Assembly: GCA_949358305.1 (NCBI GenBank)
Contig: OX442314.1
Coordinates: forward strand, 23,932,001-23,996,000
Origin: Strigamia acuminata
Taxonomy: Eukaryota
Direction: 5' to 3'
Length of the DNA: 64,000 nt
Shown here: positions 1 to 13,060 of the stretch, piece after piece
How the letters are laid out: each line of letters starts with the position of its first letter
How positions within the stretch are numbered: the stretch's first letter is position 1
The notes under the pieces: model-generated
What the model saw: only the letters and a program-made list of their open reading frames with translations
Database searches by the model: none
What the model was told of the DNA's origin: nothing
Translations under genes and position numbers: made by a program

Positions 1-749
1 AATGTCACCAGTGTATCATCTTTTGTTGTGTATTCAAAGAGTTGCAATAAAAAAAAAATATTTTTCTTCTTTCCGTGTCTTAGAAACGCAATAAAAAAAA
101 TGGAGAAACACCCAAAGAATCCAGGAAGGAAAAATAAGTCAAGAACCAAATTAAAAGTTTATTTTTTTGGAATAACAGGGGAGTGAAAAGAAAAAAATAG
201 TCCACTTACAACATTAGAAATATATAGAGAAAAAAGAAATATTTTTTAAAAAAAACTACAAGCTGGCACAAACTAGGGGGAAAATGAACAGCAATCCCCT
301 TGGTATGAGCGGCACGGTGCCAGAAAGCATTTCCATCCCAGTAAATAAAATTGTAAAAGGAAAAAAAATATTAGGGTAGAAAATTTGCGTCAGTGGTGCT
401 AGCATTCCATTGGTACATCATCACATTTCTCAAATTCAACGTTGGAACGAATTCCCAACTAATGAATCAACACATTTACACAGTTCAGACTAACAAGATG
501 TTTTCATCAATTGTTATTCCTGTTTTGCCTTTTCAAAGAACGGTCGAGGAATGAATTTTGACCTGCGTAAAAATATTATTCTTCTAATTTTGTATTCTAT
601 TGTGTGATTTATGTGATTAAACAGCGGTGTCGGATGATTCATCGTTGATAATGTCAAATAAAGTTACATTAAGTTTAAATTTAAATTAAATAAAATCTAA
701 GTCTTTAAAAAAATTCATAAATAAATCAAAGTTATTAAAAAAATTTAAA

Positions 750-1150
750 AAACTTAACTAAATCCTTAAAAAATCAACTGAATCCTTAAAAAATCAACTA
801 AATCCATAAAAAATCTACTAATTCCATAAAAAAATCAACTAAATCCATAAAAAATCAACTAAATCCTTAAAAAATCAACTAAATCCATAAAAAAAATCAA
901 CTAAATCCTTAAAAAAATTCCACCAAATCCATTTAAAAAATCAACTAAATCCATAAACAATCAACTAAATCTATCAAAAAATCGACTGAATTCAACTAAA
1001 TCCAAAAAACCATCAATAAATCAACTAAATCCAAAACACCATCAATAAATCAACTAAATACACCAAAAAATATAAAAGCTCAATAAAAAAATCAACAACA
1101 AAATCAACAAAATCAACCAGAAATCAACAAAAATCCACTAATTCCAACAA
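750..1150. repeat. Degenerate ~20-bp tandem repeat (AAAAATCAACTAAATCC(T/A)TA-like)
   Basis: Recurring AATCAACTAAATCC core with variable A-runs. Confidence 0.8.
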
Positions 1151-1841
1151 CAAGATAATATGAATCATTAAAAACTCATAGTATAATAATAATAATTACA
1201 TATTTCAAACCTTAGCTATGTCCTGTTGGGGCCTGTTGATAGATGGCGCCAATGATAACACAGTTTTTCTAAATGTTCAACGTTACGTAATAAGCATATA
1301 GTTTTATCTTCTCAAAAAAATAAATTCGACAATAAAAAACGTCTATTTGAATGGAAAAAATAAATAAATTAGAAAAACGTAAAATATTATTTACCAAATT
1401 GTAACCTTCAATACTTTACCTTTGAGAAAACCAACGGCAGTTTAAGCGTGGAATGCATCAAACAACTGAGCTATTCATAAAGTTTTTTAAAAAGATCAAT
1501 AACCATTTTAAACATTAAACTGTGCATACATTCAAACATCTAATGGGCTGGAAACTGTAAATATCAATTAATACATGTTTAAATAAGTTTTTACAGCGTT
1601 ATTACGAATAAAAACGTATTTAAGACCCGGATTTTACGTTTAAAAATTTATGTGTAAATTTTTTGACCGAATAAATTATTCGGCGCAATTTAAATCGCCA
1701 CTTTAAATTACTTCAGTTTTTGCGACTAAAAATACACACATGACTTATCAATTGGGTTGAATTGAGTAAACATTACTGAATTTCTGTTTGCTATTTCCTC
1801 GGGTATTTCTCTTCCCTTCCGTATATTTACAGTTATAATGG

Positions 1842-2684
1842 CTAGGGTTGCCAGGCATCCTGTATTTATCTGTCTTGTTCCAGTGTCTAGTGTTTGAGTG
1901 GCGCCAATATCATAAATAAAATTTATTATCAGCAAAAAAAAAGATTTATTAATTAATTTGTGGAAAAAATTGTTTTCATTGGAAAATAAAATTAATTTTT
2001 AGATGACAGCTTAAAAAATGTTGGGTTAAAATTAAAATGTATGATAAAAAAATTGAATTTTGGAGGTAAAAATTGAATTTTGGAGGTAAAAATTGAATTT
2101 TAGAGGTAAAAATTGAATTTTGGAGGTAAAAATTGAATTTTTGAGGTAAAAATTGAATTTTTGAGGTAAAAATTGAATTTTTGAAGTAAAAATTGAATTT
2201 TTGAGGTAAAAATTGAATTTTTGAGGTAAAAATTGAATTTTTGAGGTAAAAATTGAATTTTTGAGGTAAAAATTGAATTTTTGAGGTAAAAATTGAATTT
2301 TTGAGGTAAAAATTGAATTTTTGAGGTAAAAATTGAATTTTTGAGATAAAAATTGAATTTTTGAGGTAAAAATTGAATTTTTGAGGTAAAAATTGAATTT
2401 TTGAGGTAAAATATTGAATCTTTAATCAAAAAATTTATTTTTTGAGGTAAAAATTGAATTTTTGAGGTAAAAATTGAATTTTTGAGGTAAAAATTGAATT
2501 TTTGAGGTAAAAATTGAATTTTTGAGGTAAAAATTGAATTTTTGAGGTAAAATATTGAATCTTTAATCAAAAAATTTATTTTTTGAGGTGTAAAATTGAA
2601 TTTTGGAAGTAAAAATTAAATTTTTATTTTTATTTTTCCATTTTGTCTGTGCCATTTTACAAATCTAAACACTGGCAACCCTAG
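1842..2684. mobile_element. Non-autonomous TIR element (hAT-like termini) containing a minisatellite
   Basis: Perfect 13-bp inverted termini CTAGGGTTGCCAG (1842-1854) and CTGGCAACCCTAG (2672-2684); no target-site duplication (TSD) seen. Confidence 0.6.
2047..2620. repeat. 20-bp minisatellite (TTGAGGTAAAAATTGAATTT)n
   Basis: About 25 near-identical units; a variant block ATATTGAATCTTTAATCAAAAAATTTATT occurs twice. Confidence 0.95.
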
Positions 2685-5029
2685 TCAAATCAGACAAAAA
2701 TTACTGCCCACAGAGATGAGTATTCATTCAGATAGCGCAACACATACTCGGAGAAAAAATACCTGATGATCAAATCCCTCGAAGAGACACAAAATCGACG
2801 TGATAACTAAAATGATAAAACAAAAATCAAAAAACGAATAAAATTTTGTTTTCGCTTTTATGTAACTCGGGTATTATTTACTCAGATCGATCTTATCAAC
2901 AAATGAATCATAATTATTTCTGCAATCAATCACACTGACTCACTAGGTAATAAAATCAAATTCGTAATATAAATTAACTTTTATTTTAAAACACCGAAAA
3001 TGATTTACGAGCATCAACACACTCACAAGGACACGAGAAAAGTTAATAATGCACAATTTAAAACCAATTTCCGGCGCATAGATTCTTTATTCGGCGAATT
3101 CCGATCGGAAATTTCGTTTTACATCGGTTACTAATCGTCTTTGCGAATTTCAAGATGAAGTTTGGTATTTTCGTAATCTTATTTCTTCCTGGATGTCACT
3201 CGGGTCATTATTTACGTCATCGATAGCTTGTGTGTGTGTATGATTTAATTGCAGTAAAATCGCGGATTGGATTGTTGAATTTGAAAGTTTGAGATTTGTT
3301 GGAACATACCTTAAATTAAATGGATAATTCGCCAAAAGAGCAAATAATTTCAATCTTGCTAATATATCGTCCGCCATTGAAACGTCCCGGATATTGCTTT
3401 TTTTTTTTAGAGATGTACCCAAAGTCTAACTGCAGACCGATCCTCCAATTTAACTATTAGTTTTTGAAGGTTGAATTAAGATATTTAATAGTTTAAAGAG
3501 GAAATAAATGAATAAAATGAGCAATGAGGTAATGTTTTCTAAGTACGATAATTTTGGTAAAAATCTGGAGTTATAAAAGAATTAGAAGTTTTAAATGTTA
3601 ACACTAGAGGTCTCACCAAACCAACGCAGTCTGTACTCAAATAAACCCTTCAAAAACTCTTCAAAAATAAATTGATCGGAATAAAAATCGGGAAAATCGG
3701 AGCGCAATCTGCACACGGCGGCCCAGCATGTTCAAAATGCATTTTTTTAACACAAAAATGCAAAGGAATTTTTTTTCTTTCAAAATGCTCGAAAGTGCAT
3801 TTTTATTCTACTAGGGACCATTCCTAAATATTTAATATTTCTATTGTTTTTAAATGTATTAATTAGTTGTCTTTTGTGATTTTTTTGGCTCTTATAATTA
3901 TTCTATAACTTCAGAATTTGTATCGATGAAGAGATAAATGGGAATAATTATTAAAATATTATATAAAAAATAAACGTTTGGCTTATTATTACGCCTCCAG
4001 CTATATTGCGTATAATACGGTAGCTGCATAAAAGTGCTGCTACGGCTGGCAAACCATTTCCTGGCCTTCTGATAGGACGCATAGTTGGTTTGTAATTTTC
4101 TCTAAACGAATTTAAGATACGTTTTGTTTTAATCTTCTACAACTAAAATTTGTGTTTTATCTAATCTTGGACGAGACCAGACCGATAACGTTTTAACTCA
4201 CTAATCCTTTATTTCCAATGACCCATATGGTCATTTTGCAAGGATTTAAGTATATTATTTAAGCATTAAATAATGCTTTTCCTAATACAAGTTTCGAAAT
4301 GTATTTTGTCAATGTATTCATATTTGACAAATAATAATAGTGGGGCGTGCATTTTATAATGCATTTTACAAAATGTATTAACACTATTTGTAAACCAATA
4401 GCATGCAACAGCATCGCGAAATTTAATGCATTTCAAGTCAAGATACATTCTAATGCATCGTAATATAATTTCAATGTATTTTTTTAACCATATGGAAATT
4501 TAGCGAGCTTTTTCCACCGCGGAAAACTTGTCGACCTTGCTCAAACATCCTCTCTATTCATCCGAAGCCGAATTAAACCTTCGGCAGCCTCCACAACATA
4601 CATTCAAAAATTCATAAATTCATTTTAAGGTGAGACAATTACATTTGCATGCAAAACGATGCACTTAACAATAAAATAAAAATGTCTAGTTTATGCAACT
4701 GGTTTTATACTCACTTGTCAGTTTAGATTGACATTTTTATTGTCAATAAAAGCAACCTCCGTGGAGAAAAAAGAACAATGTTACTTCCTTTTATTTTATG
4801 TAATTTTTGCATCGTTTCTGATCGTACGTAACTTCCAATCGCGGTCATAAAAATTGTCGCCTTCTCCCTTAAGCCACATTATGTTTTCTCTTCTATTACT
4901 TCTACCCTATTTATCAGACACATTAAAGATCACGACTCACGTTATCGGAAGTTAAAACTTATCTCTAACCTTTGAAATCAAATGTTATGGGGAGACTCAA
5001 TCTTAGAGCACGTTTTGTTTCAAACTAAA

Positions 5030-5371
5030 ATGTCGGGCTTGGTTAGACTACGGAGGATTTCTTATTCAAAGATATTCTCGTACGCTTCATCGTCATCACA
5101 TAAGGTAAGAAGTTTACATTTTACTTTTTATATTTCCACAAAATGAAATTAATAGGAATCGAATTTTTTTTAAGTTCCACACTCAATCGACGTTAAGTCA
5201 AGGTCCAACCGAAGCATTCACAACATTACAAAAAGTCAGAAATGACCTCGACCACAAAAAAATTATTTCGCCCGAATATTTTAATTTTGCAAGCGACATC
5301 ATTGACAGCTGGGCCAGTATTGACCAGGTTGTTGAACTTTGAAATTTAATTTCAAAACTAATTTCTTTTTT

Positions 5372-5404
<33 letters not shown>

Positions 5405-8400
5405 TAACATAGGAAATAAAAGACAAGCCTTGTGCTTATTGGTTTGTATACCAAAATGGTCGAGAAGTAAAATGGACCTATGAAGAATTATCTAGATATT
5501 CAAAGAAATCTGCAAATGCACTTTTGCAATTGGGCTTTGGATCCAAATGGACAAATTGCATGCTCCTTATGCCTAAAATGCCTGAATGGTGGCTCCTTAA
5601 CTTAGCTTGCATGCGAGTAGGTAATAATATCGTTTGCACATCTTTGTAAATCATTAGTAGTGTAAGCTGTCCGTCTAGTACAAGCAGAACTGTTCTGCGA
5701 CCATGTCCCTCGTCCTATTTGTCCAGAGACCATTTCCGGGGCTGCAGTTCTGCGAGACAGTTAGCACTCTTCAGACTCTCTTCTCTCTGGTTGGACATGA
5801 TGACGTATTCCTAAGATTTGCCAGAAGTCTGAATCGTAAAAGTGTAATTTATTCCTCTTAAAGTCTTCCACAAGGCAGGGATACGTCTGCCTAGCTATGT
5901 CAAAGGAAGAAAAGAAGTGACAACCGGTAGTCCTTTACAAATTTAATGCACTTACCGGTAACTTATATGCAGGAATCGTTACAAATTTGATTGATTATAT
6001 TGTTAATTCCATACTTTGCTGGTAATCAACTGTAATATAGTCTGTGCCCGATACCTTGATGTCGAATTGAAACACTAAATTCCATTTTTTGCACATAAAT
6101 TGTTTATTGCATTATTGACTCTAGTAAAAAACATCACTGATTTCTACATAAATAATGAATAAGTGTGAACAGTCTAAAAATAAATCATTCCAGTGCTGGA
6201 CTGGCCCGGCGGGATACTGGGAATTTCCCGGTGGCCCGTCGTGGCTTGCTGTGGCCCGTCCCGACTTGATTGATTGTGGCCCGAACATCCAGATTTCCCG
6301 GCACTAAATTTGTTCCCAGTCCAGCCCTGGATCATTCACACTTGTAGAAATTAGACTTTCTAAAAGTCGCAACTTCTACTTGAGTGGTTCAGTGTGTTTA
6401 CTGCACATCTAGTGAATAGTGTGATTACCTGTTACCGTATTATTTATTAAAGTTGTATTTTTGTTGTGTTTATGTGCACAGACATAAGACTGAACTAGGC
6501 ACTATATTCACATTTGCCGTAAATAGAGATAGAACAAATCCCAAATTCTTTTACCACTGACTTTAATGATTTTTCCACCAAAAGAAAGAGGACATTTGCT
6601 TCTATAAATCCTGCTCAAGACTAAACCTCTCTTGGTTTACGAATGGATAGCAGTTAAAGATTGCGCAATAAAAACTTGTTATCAAATTCCCGAATGAAAC
6701 GATCATCGGGCTGGATTCATCATCAGGCCGGCCGGCCCATTCATCAGGCTGGCTCGTTCATCGGTCTGCCTCAATCGACATGTTGATGCTGACTTGGCTA
6801 ACAAGACTGCGTTCCAGTGGGACGGTGTGAGAAACATATGTACTTGCCATTTGAAAACTGTGAAAAGTAAAGACTTCTGCTTTGAAGGGTTTATAGAAGA
6901 ACATGTCCTCTTTCTTTTGGTGTAAAAACCATTGAAATCTGTTGTAAAATAGAATTTGGAATTTGTTCTATATTTAATTAGGATGAATGTCAATGTGGTG
7001 CCAACTTCAACATGGTTTCACAGACAGAGATTTGGAAGTTTGATTTTGACATCACAATATTGGCGTAGACTGTAAGATGGTTGGGTTATTTGGGGACATG
7101 AACTTGCAAATATTCCTAAAATTTAAAAAGGTTGTAAAAATAAACACGTCTGCCCTGAACAATTGAAGTTCCATAAAATCTTTATAAATTATAAAGTTTA
7201 TAAATTTTGCAGGAAACAAAGTTGTGCATGGTACTTCGCAGCTCACAGCACAAGATATCAAATACCGACTACAAGCAATGAAAGTTCAATGTATTATTAC
7301 AACACCAAAACTTGCAGATGCAGTTGATACAGTTAAGTTACAACCAGACATGGGTCCTACTGTTTCAAGACCTGACAAATTAACAACTTTGAAAAAAGAA
7401 ATTAATTTGCCCACAATTAGATTGTTTAATAACCTGTCATATTTGCAGAGCAATTTTAAAAGCCAAGAATGATTTAATATTTTTCAGGTGGCAGCAGAAT
7501 GTCCTTCATTAAACACTAAAATTGTTGTCGATCCGGAAAAGATGAACAGGTAAGAAAACTTGCATAGTACCACTTTTTTATAATTAAGAAATTAAATTGT
7601 GCTTAGGTCTGGTTGGTTAAACTATACAGATAACTACACCAATGCATCTGAGGAACATCAAGTAATTTTCTTGTTTAAAATAATTTTGCCCCTTCTGCGA
7701 GTAATTCTGTATCTCACTAGGCACCAGAAGCAAGTAGCAAACATCAGCCTATGGGGCGCTCTTAGAACCTAAAAAATAAATAAATAAATAAATAAATAAA
7801 CAAATAAATAAATAAAATAAAATAAGGTCGCTTGGGTCCAGTGCCACACCACGAGCTTGGTGCATTGTGGGGGTGGCACTGAATGACTGAGCCCTCTAAG
7901 GGCGCCAAAATATTATTTGCTAATGGCAGCATTTTCTCTCATAACGAATCTATACTGAGAAAACTCTACATTCCAAAACTCCTGTTTTAAGCATTTTAAT
8001 CGTGGGAGTTTTGGAATGTACTGTACATACATCTACGTCCGGTATCTTGTTGCCAATATCAAAACACTAAATTCCACTTTTTGCACATAAATTGTTTATT
8101 GCACTCAAGTGAATATTGCAATTACCTGTTATATTTTCAAAAAATCTCGCATTTATTGCACTTGTGTGCGCGCGCACTGAGATTTTTCAGTTTAATTATG
8201 GCATCAAAATAGCGCAGGGGCAGACTGCACACATTAGAGAAATAGCTACCTGAATGTTCATTTTGGTCTTTTTTTTTAGTGTGTAAAGACTAAAGGTTCA
8301 GATCCATACCAAATTTACTTTACAAGTGGAACTACAAATTTACCCAAATGTGTTATGCACACTCACAGTGGCTTTTGTCTTGGTTTCATTTGCGTATCAA

Positions 8401-11400
8401 GGTTTGTATACAACAAAAATTGAAAAATTCGAGGTATTCAGTGGGTAAGCAAGCAATGTTTTAAGTACCATCGTTTTCTAGACATTTCCCATGAATGTTC
8501 TCAAATAAAAAGTAATAATTTGAATTTGTAGTCGGAATTACACACTGAATACCTCTTTTGGTGTGACAATAATTAATATTCAACAAAAATAATTGCAGAG
8601 ATTTCGTCAAATTGGACAGAAGAGTTGTATTTTGGAACATAGCTGATACTGGATGGGCAAAATTCATGTGGAGTTGCGTAGCAATACCTTGGCTTGCAGG
8701 AGCAACAGTTTTTGTGCATGAAATGCCTCAATTTAATGTCAAACAAACAATTGAAGTAAAGAAACCAATAAGCACTTTTATAAGCATCTACCATTCGCTT
8801 TTAAAAATAATTGCACTCCATTACTTACTAAACAATGCTGGATTTACCATTAGGCACACATTTAATGCCTCTTAAAATCTTGAAATCCTTATGAACAAAA
8901 TGTTCTCGTGTGTAGATTTTACAGAAATATCCCGTGCAACGAATGTGCGCTCCTCCAACCGTATATCGAATGCTCGTAGCACAGGAACTACCAAAATTCA
9001 ACAAATTAGAATTATGTATCACTGGAGGCGAAGCATTGGTAAACTATCATATACATATATATTTTTCTAAATAATAAACTAACACTAACAACAAAACAGA
9101 ACGCAGAAGTAGGCAAACAGTGGAAGCAAAAGACCAATATTAACATACTCGAGGCATATGGCCAAACAGAAACCACAGCTCTCATCTACAATACCGTTGA
9201 TTCACTTATTACATTTGGATCTATGGGCAAAGCAAATCCAGCTGTTAAAATTGCCTTGCTGGATAATGAAGGAAAAGAAGTACCACAGGGAAAAGTTGGC
9301 CAGATAGCTACCAAAGTCAAACCAGATCGGCCAGTAGGTATATTCAAAGGATACGAGGTAATTCACTAACAATTGTTGGAGCTTTTCTGTTGCTTACTGC
9401 ACTGTTATTGATTTATTTAGGGAGATTCAGAAAAAACAAGCCAAGTGTTTGTCGGAGACTATTATTTGACCGGTGATCACGCTTATGTGGATGCAGATGG
9501 TTATTACTGGTACACAGGAAGAAAGGATGACATCATCACATCTTCAGCGTAAAAATTTGAACTAACTAAAATTCAGGGGTTCCCAATCGTCTCTGCTTGG
9601 ACGATCGTGGACAAAAAAACTTGCCTTCAGTTTAGCCGCTTTAATTTTATCTACCAGGTGGCATAAAAATCCACTGAGATTCAATGACATCAATCTTGAC
9701 CCGGTCTCTCGTCTTGCCCTAACAACAGTATTAAAAGATAGACCGGGCAAATAATGATAGATAAACTTTAAACAGCTAAACTGATGGGAAGTTTTTTTAT
9801 CCACGACTGTACAGTGGTGGGTCATAAAAATCGCTTCAGTCCAGCTTGAAGTTCACCTGCAGTATGAGTGTTTTCGGCTGTATCCACCAGGTAGTGCAAA
9901 AACTCACCGATATGTTTTGACAAATTGCCATTTAAATGATGTCACACAATCATCTAAACCCAGCTGGAGTGGGACGATTTTTATGACCACGACTCTACAC
10001 TAAGGGTGCGGTCGGATCGGTTACAATCCGACTCAAACCGAATTCGGATTGAATTGAGTCGGTTTCGGATGGCCCCAAATCAATCCGGTTGTTTTTCGAA
10101 TCGGACTGGATAATCCGAATTTTTATTTGTTCATTCCGGATCGGGTTTTGGGAAAAAACCGAAACCGATCCGTGTAATCCGATTTTTTAAAAATAACGTT
10201 TTTACGACGTTTATAAGACGTTTATATTACACTTACTTAAACGTCCAATCATTGTTCCGCTTTCCGGTATATAAATTCCATCACACGTTAGTTTAGTAGT
10301 TTTCATTATCAATATCAACGCAAAGAAAGCATAACTGTCTCCAAGCTCCATGTGCTTAAAATCACGAAAATGACATTGATGACATTGATTACAAAAAAAT
10401 CTTTGAAATTTTCAAATTTTCAACATTATTGTGAAATGTGACATCTGGAACTCAATCCGATCCGAAATCCGCATTCGGTTTGAATTGAATGCGGATAGGA
10501 TTGGATAGAACGCTATTTTTTTCCGGATAGGATTGAATAATCAATTTACCCATCCGCAATTTTTCGAATTGGATCGGATTTTTTAAAAAACCGATTCAAA
10601 CCGATCCAAACGCACCCTTACTCTACACTTTAAGCATGCTCAATGCAATGGCAGATCCAGGGAGTTGGCAATGGAGGCGATTGCCCCCACTCTGAGGCTC
10701 TAGTCAATCATATTGGCCCTACCCATCCTCGTCAGTGGGCTCACATTCACATGTAAAAGAAAATTCCTGTAAAATTGCACCGAGAAACCAGAAATTACTT
10801 TTAAATAATTAACTCGGCACATTCATAAAGATATTTAAAATTTTCCATGTTAAATTTTACATTCAGACTGGTTTAAAAAAATATGAAAAAGTTTAAATGA
10901 CTTTATGAATGTGCCCAATGTAACTGATTTTGTGTGTAAATGATTGCAGATATCGAATTGGGCCTGTTGAAGTTGAAAACGCCTTACAACAGCATCCTGA
11001 TGTTCTCGAGTCAGCAGTTATCGGAGTTCCAGACTACGAGCGCACACAGGTAATTGTGAATGCCATGCCAGTAACTCGACCTGTAAAAACACTAAAATTG
11101 CCTAACCAAAATTATATTTATAAATTTAAACTATTTACCAACATATTTTTTTGCGGACATCTTTCCCAAAAATTTGCAAGATTATGCCGATTTAAAAAAA
11201 TCAATCACGTGTTCCCCTTATTAAAAATGCAATTTTTTGACAGATCGTAAAGGCATTTGTTATCCTCAAAGATTCTGGCAAGAAAAAAGATCCGGAAAAA
11301 TTGAAAAAAGAATTACAAGATCATGTTAAAAAGACGACTGCACCTTATAAGTATCCAAGACAGGTAAAATACACAAAATTTAGAATTTTTATGTTTTTTT

Positions 11401-11556
11401 TTTAAAGTTACTCTACCATTTATTAATTTTTTCATTTCATTTCAGATCGAATTTATCGACGCTCTGCCTAAAACTCTAAGTCAGAAAATCAAGCGAGCCG
11501 AATTACGTGCAGCCGAAGAGAAGAAACTCAAAACTAATCCCGTACAAAAAAAATAA
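5030..11556 (+). CDS. Medium-chain acyl-CoA synthetase (ACSM3-like), multi-exon, probable mitochondrial presequence
   Basis: Spliced exons give MSGLVRLRR..., PEYFNFASDIID, YFTSGTT, ADTGWAK, EAYGQTET, YYLTGD..Y.D.DGYYWYTGRKDDII, YRIGPVEVENAL, TAPYKYPR and LPKT.SQKIKR; stop at 11554-11556. Confidence 0.9.
6044..6112 (+). repeat. Dispersed repeat family; other copies at ~8037-8103 (+), ~17680-17735 (-) and ~19450-19490 (-)
   Basis: Shared core (T/A)CTTG(A/T)TG.C..AT..AAACACTAAATTCCA.TTTTTGCACA, found by eye. Confidence 0.65.
6191..6329. mobile_element. 139-bp hAT-type MITE in an ACSM intron
   Basis: 14-bp TIR CAGTGCTGGACTGG / CCAGTCCAGCCCTG (1 mismatch); 8-bp TSD AATCATTC / GATCATTC (1 mismatch); internal GTGGCCCG repeats. 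Confidence 0.8.
6529..6970. mobile_element. Foldback/MITE with ~85-bp imperfect inverted arms
   Basis: 6529-6611 (ATAGAACAAAT...CCAAAAGAAAGAGGACAT...TTCTATAAA) is the reverse complement of ~6886-6970. Confidence 0.65.
9602..9809. mobile_element. Tc1/mariner-like MITE 1
   Basis: TCGTGGACAAAAAAACTTGCCTTCAGTTTAGC versus GCTAAACTGATGGGAAGTTTTTTTATCCACGA (inverted); ends ACTG-TA. Confidence 0.7.
9812..9995. mobile_element. Tc1/mariner-like MITE 2
   Basis: TA-CAGTGGTGGGTCATAAAAATCG ... CGATTTTTATGACCACGACTC-TA; imperfect ~35-bp TIRs flanked by TA. Confidence 0.7.
10001..10620. mobile_element. 620-bp non-autonomous hAT element
   Basis: 22-bp TIR TAAGGGTGCG(GTC/TTT)GGATCGGTT; perfect 8-bp TSD CTCTACAC at 9993-10000 and 10621-10628; many subterminal ATCCG/CGGAT motifs. 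Confidence 0.92.
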
Positions 11557-12142
11557 TTTAATACTTTCAACGACATTCACAAGATTGCATATGATTACAA
11601 ACGTTAACCCCCCGCCCCCCAACCCCCTAAAACAATTTAATAAACAAAAAAAAAAACAAAAAAAAAAATTAATTTCAACTGTTTATATATTTTCCTTCAT
11701 TATAACTTGACATGAATTCATTTTTGTACGTAAAATATATATATAAAATCAAATGAAAATCCAATCTCATCAAATTTCACCATTAAATTTTTCCCATCAC
11801 TTTCTACCATTCGATCTCTAAAGTCTAGAATCACATTAAAATCACTACTGCGTGTGGTCTACAATACAAAACAAATGCATCTTTCATTTTTTTCCCAAAC
11901 AGTAGAAGCAACAATCAGCAGTCAATATTCAATATCCACAAAACAAAAAATTTAAATTTAAAAAAAAATAAAATAAAACAAAATACTTTTTCAATAATTT
12001 CACCCTTTACTTTGCCACACAAAACACGAGCAAAACACTGGACTAGTAGTGGAGAAAGGCAGTCATCATCACATAAAAAAAAAACCTATTTTCAAACTGA
12101 AACCTACGAATATCAACCGCGTAATGAGCGGTTTCATTCATT

Positions 12143-13060
12143 TCAATCACTTTCCTCGTTCCTATTCTCTTTATGTTGAACGTTTTGATTCGTTTGGTCG
12201 TTTTCGTACTCTACGAAATCGTCGAAAAGGCTGGGCCAAGCCTCGGTGTCGTCGTACATGCTCAAATCGTCTTTGACCGCGTCGCAAAAATTGAGAAACA
12301 TGTTCCACGTGTCTCGCGGGATCCCACGCACATTGGGATGTTTCTCGAGGAAGGCGAGCCAGCGCGATAAAACCACGGGCTCCCGATGGGAGAACACGAG
12401 TTTCCACAAGCAAATGGCCATCTCCGAGGGCAAAATGCGCTGACCGTTCTCCGAGTCCAGGCCGAACCTGAAGGTAAAGCGATAAAGATCTTTGAAATTC
12501 TCCGCGTCCTGCGCTTCCTGCACGAGGTCCGGGAACCTGTTCTGAATGCCTTTGATCGAGTCGACTTTGAGTGTTTTGCAACCGGTCACGAACTCCTGTC
12601 TGGTGAATTTGCACATGGTTTCCGCACTGAATTTCCACGCTAGCAAAAGAACTTTGAATTCTTCCGGTTTGACCTCCAAGTCGCGGCAAAATCGTTCGAT
12701 TCCTTCCGATAAAATGGCGTCCTCCTGCCCGTCCTTGTATTGCTCGAACAGACCGATGATTTTCGGCTCGGACACGGATTCATTGCGCCCTTGACTCGAC
12801 CGCTTGCTGTCGCCGCTGCCGCTGAGAATTGGCGGAATTCGTGGGTAGAACATTCGTTTCTCACTGTTTTGGTGGCTGGTTCTGTTTCCGTTGTTGGAGT
12901 TGTCGCCGAGGCCGCCGAATAGACGACTTTCGGGCAAGTGTGCGTTTTGTTGCGCCGGAACCGAAGTCAAGTCGACTTTGTCGGTGTCGATAAATTGTGA
13001 TTCGGGTACGTTGCCACCATTTTCCTTGTGATCTTTACAGCACGCGAGGCAATTCCCCAT
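12143..13060 (-). CDS. DCUN1D3: DCN1-like protein 3 (cullin neddylation co-E3), single coding exon
   Basis: N-terminal MGNCLACC acylation motif; PONY/DCUN1 domain (ILSEGIERFCRDL, FKDLYRFTFRFG, RDTWNMFLNF, YDDTEAWPSLFDDFVE). Confidence 0.93.
   Translation of the reverse strand: MGNCLACCKDHKENGGNVPESQFIDTDKVDLTSVPAQQNAHLPESRLFGGLGDNSNNGNRTSHQNSEKRMFYPRIPPILSGSGDSKRSSQGRNESVSEPKIIGLFEQYKDGQEDAILSEGIERFCRDLEVKPEEFKVLLLAWKFSAETMCKFTRQEFVTGCKTLKVDSIKGIQNRFPDLVQEAQDAENFKDLYRFTFRFGLDSENGQRILPSEMAICLWKLVFSHREPVVLSRWLAFLEKHPNVRGIPRDTWNMFLNFCDAVKDDLSMYDDTEAWPSLFDDFVEYENDQTNQNVQHKENRNEESD

Noticed and set aside
2100..2570. 156-aa repetitive ORF, or a CRISPR-like array
   Set aside because: It is the translation of a 20-bp minisatellite; there are no unique spacers or cas genes, and the context is eukaryotic.
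1..4720. Possible 5'UTR exons of a minus-strand gene leaving the window (acceptor near 563; donors near 1419, 2763, 3309 and 4715), and the 90-aa ORF at 3150-3422
   Set aside because: Only splice-like motifs, with no recognisable protein; too weak to call.
12171..12922. Several overlapping alternative-frame and antisense ORFs
   Set aside because: Shadows of the GC-rich DCUN1D3 exon.
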